DNA from: an uncultured archaeon
GTDB lineage: Archaea > Thermoplasmatota > Thermoplasmata > Thermoplasmatales > Thermoplasmataceae
Direction: 5' to 3'
Length of the DNA: 64,000 nucleotides
NCBI GenBank assembly: GCA_000965745.1
Contig: CP009479.1
Coordinates: 1,120,001 to 1,184,000, forward strand
The position numbers and the translations under genes were made by a program. Under the pieces are notes generated by a model, which saw only the letters and a list, made by a program, of their open reading frames with translations, was not told where the DNA came from and made no database searches. Shown here one piece after another: positions 59,058 through 64,000 of this stretch. Positions within the stretch are counted from its first letter, which is position 1. Every line of letters starts with the position of its first letter.

Positions 59058-60294
59058 CGCCGTGAATTTTCTCATTACGGGTCAGGAAAGCTGATGTCAG
59101 AAATCCTATGATCATAAAGGTTGTGACCGAAATTACCCCGGTTAACCTGAAATTCACGAATGACAGCATGACTCCAAAGAAAGTTCCTCCTATGATGCCT
59201 CCCGCGTAATAGAAGGTGAAGACGAGCCCGGAAGCGGCCCCCACCGATCCCTTGTCTGCGTAATCCTGGGCGGATGCTGCAATAACAATGATGAGGCCGT
59301 TGTAGGATGCACCGAAAATGAAGCTTATGACTATCAGCGCTACTGAATTCATGTAAACCCCGAAAATGATGAACGAAGTAACAGCCAGCAGCCCGTAAAG
59401 AAGCAGTAAAACATTCTTGCGCCCGATCCTGTCACTTGCATAGCCGAACGGGAGCGTGAATATTATGCCCCCTATTCCAAGCATGGAAGCCGTGATTGCA
59501 CTTATGAACTGGCTCATGTGCAGATAGTTTATGAGGAAATGGGAAAAGTAACCAATAAACCCAAAGAAACCGATGCCATAGAAGAATATTCCTGTGAAAA
59601 CAAGCGTCGTGTTCCTGTTGAACAAACCTTTCCTGGAAAGTCTTCTCTTCTCCCCTCTACCGCTGTATACATTCGGCATGAAGGCAAGCACGAGTAGTAT
59701 GCTGGCAACACCTATTACACCTGCGATCAGAAATGACTCAAGGTAAAGTGGGGCGATAAAGGACTCAGAATATGGCCCGAACAACAGGCCTATGCTGAAG
59801 GCAATACCAGTCAGTGAAAGCAGAAACCCTCTCTTCTCGGGGTAAGCAGTACCCATGAAACCCATCACGGTCCCCTGCAGCATACCGGTTCCCATTCCAA
59901 CCAGAAACCGGAGGAGAAACAACTCGGGAACATTTTCCACGAAGCCGGTTAGCACTGACCCGCTTGTAGCAAATATGAGGGACAGGAGGATAATCAGTTT
60001 TATGGAAATCCGGTTGAACGCTATTCCCCCTACTGTGGCAAATATGATCACCCCCAGTGTGAATGCACTTACCGATATGCCTATGAAAAGTGTGGGAGCT
60101 TTCAGGTAGGAGACGATGAAGGTGGAAGCATAGAAGTACAGGTTTATGTCATACGATGCAACAAAGAATGTAAAGACGAGCGAAAAAACAAGCAGTGTGT
60201 ATATTAGCATCTTGCCGGAGAATCGCTCTTTTACATCCTCAATATCTAGGTGGCCTTTGTGTCCGCTCATTGAACTCATGGGACCTCTTATCAC
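59032..60294 (-). CDS. MFS transporter
   Basis: 12 TM, GYASDRIGRK. Confidence 0.88.
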   Translation of the reverse strand: MIRGPMSSMSGHKGHLDIEDVKERFSGKMLIYTLLVFSLVFTFFVASYDINLYFYASTFIVSYLKAPTLFIGISVSAFTLGVIIFATVGGIAFNRISIKLIILLSLIFATSGSVLTGFVENVPELFLLRFLVGMGTGMLQGTVMGFMGTAYPEKRGFLLSLTGIAFSIGLLFGPYSESFIAPLYLESFLIAGVIGVASILLVLAFMPNVYSGRGEKRRLSRKGLFNRNTTLVFTGIFFYGIGFFGFIGYFSHFLINYLHMSQFISAITASMLGIGGIIFTLPFGYASDRIGRKNVLLLLYGLLAVTSFIIFGVYMNSVALIVISFIFGASYNGLIIVIAASAQDYADKGSVGAASGLVFTFYYAGGIIGGTFFGVMLSFVNFRLTGVISVTTFMIIGFLTSAFLTRNEKIHGVTVSPEEA

Positions 60295-60439
60295 GGGTAT
60301 TGCAACATCAGTATAATTATCATTAGGGATTAATTCAATAAAGGTTCAGATCAGAACCATCTTCATGCCTCTACAATTCCTGAAGATGGATGTGACTCCC
60401 ACATCACTTTATATTTCATCTTATCATTTTGTGGCGCAA

Positions 60440-61123
60440 ATGAAAAGCAGCACCATTCGAACAATATTTTTTGATCTGGACGGCACCATAGTTGACAGCG
60501 AAGCAAAGGCAGTTAACGTGGTTCAGAGAATAATGCCAAACTATCTTGGGAGAACCCTGACCGGAGTTGAGCTAAGGAACTTCAAGGGAGTTCCATGGCT
60601 GGGTGCATTCCGGGAAATGCTTCCCGGCAGGGAATATGAGATATATGAAGAATGTCTGAAAGAATGGGACAGGATACCCACCAAACTCAACGTTTACAGC
60701 GGAATTGTTGAGGAGATTAAACATCTGAATAGAATGGGTTTCACCCTTGGAATAGTCTCCTCCAAGGAGAGCAGGTACATTCATATGGACCTTGAAGACT
60801 TCTCCATTTCAGATTATTTCAGTGTTGTAATCGGAAGCGATGATACCTTGCGACACAAGCCGAACCCGGACCCACTGATTGAAGCTGCAAGGAGGATCAA
60901 CAGGAATCCCGCAGATTGTATTTACATAGGCGATCAGCCAACTGACATGTCAGCTGCAAGGATGGCTGGAATGAGGTGCGGGGGAGCATTGTGGGGAGAT
61001 GGTGAGTATGAATATCTCAAAGATTCCGCACCGGATTTCATGTTCAAAGACCCCGCTGATATCACCGAGAATCTCATCGGCCTTTCTGAAAGTAGAGCAG
61101 GAAGCTCACAGGACAATTATTGA
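60440..61123 (+). CDS. HAD-family phosphatase (PpaX/Gph-like)
   Basis: FDLDGTIVDS, KPNP, YIGD..TD. Confidence 0.9.
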   Translation: MKSSTIRTIFFDLDGTIVDSEAKAVNVVQRIMPNYLGRTLTGVELRNFKGVPWLGAFREMLPGREYEIYEECLKEWDRIPTKLNVYSGIVEEIKHLNRMGFTLGIVSSKESRYIHMDLEDFSISDYFSVVIGSDDTLRHKPNPDPLIEAARRINRNPADCIYIGDQPTDMSAARMAGMRCGGALWGDGEYEYLKDSAPDFMFKDPADITENLIGLSESRAGSSQDNY

Positions 61124-61200
61124 TTAAACCTCTTGTCCGGTCATTTTTATGGGTCATTTCGGTAAAAATTCATTTTTGTTATCCAAAAATTTCCAAAATA

Positions 61201-61285
61201 TGCGAGGGATGGGATTCGAACCCACGAACTCCTACGAGACAGAATCTTAAGTCCTGCACAGTTGGCCAGGCTTTGTTACCCTCGC
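61201..61285 (-). tRNA. tRNA-Leu(TAA)
   Basis: GCGAGGG/CCCTCGC stem, CAGGA-CT-TAA-GA-TTCTG arm, long variable arm, GGTTCGAATCC. Confidence 0.92.
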
Positions 61286-61570
61286 AATCAATCGGTTTAT
61301 ACTCCGGGAATATATTAAAAGTGCTGAAATTCGACGAATTAGGGAAAGGTGTCCTGTCTTGAGAATTGATTGTGGGAGAACACTGGGTTAACCCGACTTG
61401 AAAGATTTTCATGTAATACGAGTATATACAGGTATATACACGTATTACAAATCAGATAACGAATTTGTATGGAGATTTCTCGATAATTTGTCCAACATCA
61501 GAAAATAACGGTTTAAATGTTGATTGTGAACTATTATTCATAGCAATGAACAGCCAAAGAAAGAGACAGA
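61260..61570. repeat. Direct repeat copy 1 (tRNA-Leu 5' end + promoter + flanking unit)
   Basis: 61260-61333 identical to 63517-63590; decaying similarity for about 300 bp. Confidence 0.9.
61412..61449. promoter_or_regulatory. 38-bp near-perfect palindrome (operator-like)
   Basis: TGTAATACG-A-GTATATAC-AG-GTATATAC-A-CGTATTACA; shorter version at 63671-63698. Confidence 0.55.
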
Positions 61571-61610
61571 GGAACAGGCAGCCATAAGGAAAGAGATCAG
61601 GATAATTTAG
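61540..61610 (+). pseudogene. Degenerate paralog of the 67-aa gene at 63789
   Basis: ATG changed to ATA, frameshift; QPKKETEEQAAIRKEIR vs KPEKKETEDQQKLRQEIR. Confidence 0.65.
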
Positions 61611-61645
61611 AGAAATAATTGCAGTAATTTTATTCATAAAGGGAT

Positions 61646-62107
61646 TTATGCCTTAATACCTTCTTTCATGGTTATCATGTCATGTAGGACAACACTCATG
61701 ATTCCTGCCACAAATGTTCCTATACCTATTACGAACATGCCCGACAGGAAACCAGAGGGAACAGTCCAATGGAGACCCGGGTAGTATTCAAAAGTTGAAG
61801 TTAGAAAGTCCATAGAATTCAAGATAAAGGCAGATGCCGTCAGAATAAGTCCAATAACGGCGATAATGAATATTCTTCCTTTTGGCTGATAACCTAATCC
61901 AAATGCAAGCAAGACTGAGGCACCAGTTGAAATTCCTCCAGGTATATTTGCTAAAATTCGATTATATGTGTTCAAATTGGAAAGCGAAGGGTTATTCACA
62001 AGCCAAAGTTGAATTATTTCAGCTACTATTTCTGCAGCGAGAAAAATTACTATTGAAGATATCAGGAACACCCTTGATTGCTCTAGTGTAATCCCTTTGC
62101 TTTTCAT
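61646..62107 (-). CDS. Four-TM membrane protein
   Basis: Hydrophobic segments, AT-rich. Confidence 0.7.
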   Translation of the reverse strand: MKSKGITLEQSRVFLISSIVIFLAAEIVAEIIQLWLVNNPSLSNLNTYNRILANIPGGISTGASVLLAFGLGYQPKGRIFIIAVIGLILTASAFILNSMDFLTSTFEYYPGLHWTVPSGFLSGMFVIGIGTFVAGIMSVVLHDMITMKEGIKA

Positions 62108-62315
62108 ATTATAATTATCCTATATAACTATAAAATTATTGTCCAGTCCTAGAAAATAATGGTTTAAATGCAGATTGTGAATTATTATTCATGGCAAAGG
62201 GACAGTCTAAGAAAGAAAAGTGGTAGTTTGAAAAACATTATGCACAATTGAGCGCCATAATGTGAGTCATATAGTTATTCATAATTATTATATACAACAA
62301 TAGAATGTTTGGTGC

Positions 62316-62501
62316 ATGGTGCAAACTACCATCCAGGTGTCCAAGGAGACCAGAGAGAAGCTCAAGAAGATAGGTGGCAAAGGCCAGACTTACGATGAAA
62401 TAATTGAAAAGCTTCTTGAGATCGGTCAGAAAGTAGCATTTTTCAACGAACTTGACAGGATTTCTGATAGCGAGGAGTTCATACCTCTTGACGAACTATA
62501 A
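62316..62501 (+). CDS. RHH-like antitoxin
   Basis: TTIQVSKETREKLK...TYDEIIEKLL; overlaps toxin. Confidence 0.8.
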   Translation: MVQTTIQVSKETREKLKKIGGKGQTYDEIIEKLLEIGQKVAFFNELDRISDSEEFIPLDEL

Positions 62502-62766
62502 AGTTCTAGTTTCCCAGACCGCAGCCAAAGAACTGAGGGTTTTAGAGAAGAGTCTGCAGGACCGGATAAAGGAAAGACTGAGGGGACTGTCAAAAGATCC
62601 TATTAATAGTACTGGAAGATTGGACGTAAAAAAGCTTTCAGGAACTGGAAGAAATTACAGCAGGCTTATGGTAGGGGACTACAGAGTTATATTTTTCGTG
62701 GATGGTATGAAAATCAAAGTTGTAAGGATAGCTAAGAGATCTGATGTCTATTCTTGGCTGGATTAG
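62488..62766 (+). CDS. relE: RelE/ParE-family toxin
   Basis: YKV.VS..A.KEL..L, KKLSG, RL.VGDYRVIF, I.KRSDVY; likely TTG start 62488. Confidence 0.88.
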   Translation: MTNYKVLVSQTAAKELRVLEKSLQDRIKERLRGLSKDPINSTGRLDVKKLSGTGRNYSRLMVGDYRVIFFVDGMKIKVVRIAKRSDVYSWLD

Positions 62767-62829
62767 TGCATGGCTGCCATCAATCGAAAATCTTAATAGA
62801 CTATCTGGTTTAACTAGGGTTGAGCTAGT

Positions 62830-63090
62830 TTGACACTGAAGTTGAAAGTTGGAAAAAAAGGTTACGTGATTCTTCCTAAGGCGCTACGAGAAGCTGTTGG
62901 AATCGAAGAAGGAGATGATCTGACAGTGAGTGTTAACGATGGGATTACATTGACACCTTCCAAGAAGTTCGACAAATCTGCATTCGAGAAAATCGCAGAA
63001 AAACACAAAGATACAATTCTCTCATTGAAGGATGCAAAAGCCCCAGAACCGGGTGAAGCCAAAAAATACTCCTTGGAGGATGAATTTTGA
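62830..63090 (+). CDS. vapB: AbrB/MazE-type antitoxin
   Basis: KVGKKGYVILPKALREAVGIEEGD. Confidence 0.85.
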   Translation: MTLKLKVGKKGYVILPKALREAVGIEEGDDLTVSVNDGITLTPSKKFDKSAFEKIAEKHKDTILSLKDAKAPEPGEAKKYSLEDEF

Positions 63091-63491
63091 CTGGCGTGTT
63101 CATAGATACTAACTTCTTTATTTACATGAACACACCAACGAAAACTCTGGACAGATTCATAGAGCACTATGAGGTAGAACTATCCAATAACAGAACCTTC
63201 ACCAATATGATAGTTCTGGATGAGCTCATTTATGTTTCCAAGAAGAAATATTCCATCCCTGTTGAAGTGACTCTTGAATTTATTGATTCCATGATACTTC
63301 CGTTCACTTCTATATTACCACTTGAGGAAAATGATTATCACGTATTGAAAGACATGATAAACTATTGCCCCAAACCGAGTGACGCATTGATTGCCTCTTC
63401 CATGAAACGCAATTCTATCATGGACATCCTTAGTGAAGACAACGACTTTGACAAGGTTCCTGGGATTAACAGGAGATGGTTGGCCCTCTGA
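63087..63491 (+). CDS. vapC: PIN-domain toxin
   Basis: FIDTNFF, DE, PSDALI, SED.DFDKV. Confidence 0.9.
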   Translation: MTGVFIDTNFFIYMNTPTKTLDRFIEHYEVELSNNRTFTNMIVLDELIYVSKKKYSIPVEVTLEFIDSMILPFTSILPLEENDYHVLKDMINYCPKPSDALIASSMKRNSIMDILSEDNDFDKVPGINRRWLAL

Positions 63492-63516
63492 GAAGGTACA
63501 TTACAGGTCCCATTAA

Positions 63517-63820
63517 AGTTGGCCAGGCTTTGTTACCCTCGCAATCAATCGGTTTATACTCCGGGAATATATTAAAAGTGCTGAAATTCGTTGAATTAGG
63601 GAAAAGTGTCCTGTCTTGAGAATTGGATGCGGGAGAATACTGGATTAAATGGAGATGTAATTTTTTTTTCTGTAATATACGTATATATCTGTATTACAAA
63701 TCAAGTTAGGAATTTTTATGAGGACTTCTCAATAATTTGACCAACCCAGTGAAACAACGGTTTAAATATTGATTGTGAACTATCACACATGGCAAAAGAC
63801 AAGCCTGAAAAGAAGGAAAC
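63517..63820. repeat. Direct repeat copy 2 containing 26-nt 5' fragment of tRNA-Leu and its promoter
   Basis: Offset 2257 bp from copy 1; tRNA fragment 63517-63542. Confidence 0.9.
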
Positions 63821-63992
63821 GGAAGATCAACAGAAGTTGAGACAAGAGATTAGAAAGTTATGGAGCGATATTGAGCCTCAACTGATTACCATGGCCCACA
63901 AACTCGAAGATGCAGGTTGCATTGAAAACAAGGACTATATCTGGCTCAAGTCAAGAATCTCGAATTTGTCCAAACATTTCGATAAACAGTAA
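63789..63992 (+). CDS. Small hypothetical protein (67 aa)
   Basis: TTTAAAT box about 22-29 bp upstream of ATG; two decayed paralogous starts nearby. Confidence 0.7.
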   Translation: MAKDKPEKKETEDQQKLRQEIRKLWSDIEPQLITMAHKLEDAGCIENKDYIWLKSRISNLSKHFDKQ

Positions 63993-64000
63993 TTTTTTCG

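Noticed and set aside
17800-61120. Numerous 60-190 aa antisense or nested ORFs in the housekeeping and glucan region
   Set aside because: All overlap well-supported genes and lack motifs
61120-61637. ORFs 61120-61362, 61179-61412, 61452-61637
   Set aside because: Overlap tRNA-Leu, its promoter or the repeat unit; spurious
61260-63820. Casposon or CRISPR interpretation of the repeats
   Set aside because: No cas1/polB, no terminal inverted repeats, no regular repeat-spacer periodicity

Overview
Archaeal chromosome window, almost certainly Thermoplasmatales: it has a Thermoplasma-type mevalonate-3-kinase, Sec61beta/SecG, archaeal RPA, NreA, and TATA-box leaderless promoters. There are three zones. 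(1) Positions 1-17.5 kb form an AT-richer integrated element abutting the 3' end of tRNA-Glu(CTC). It carries a divergent regulator switch and a primase-less D5/P4-type SF3 helicase with a dyad-symmetric six-iteron array (probable origin) in its 3' end. Its defence-like cargo comprises PLD-SNF2 helicase + N6-adenine MTase + Zn-ribbon, an HsdR_N-type nuclease, a NYN-LOTUS RNase, and a two-gene PD-(D/E)xK module whose nuclease seems to need a non-AUG start. It also has two paralogous AbrB genes heading cargo blocks, an intact IS5/IS903-group element and a viral-fibre-like pseudogene. (2) Positions 17.6-61.1 kb are housekeeping genes, including an 18-kb alpha-glucan/trehalose cluster with a complete bacterial-type TreS-maltokinase-GlgE-GlgB pathway plus TreY/TreZ/TreX, GH57 and GH15. 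(3) Positions 61.2-64 kb hold tRNA-Leu(TAA), whose 5' end and promoter are duplicated 2257 bp away. The repeat encloses two toxin-antitoxin pairs and a triplicated, decaying promoter+small-gene unit. No CRISPR array, rRNA or integrase was seen. All calls come from motif reading by eye; no database searches were run.
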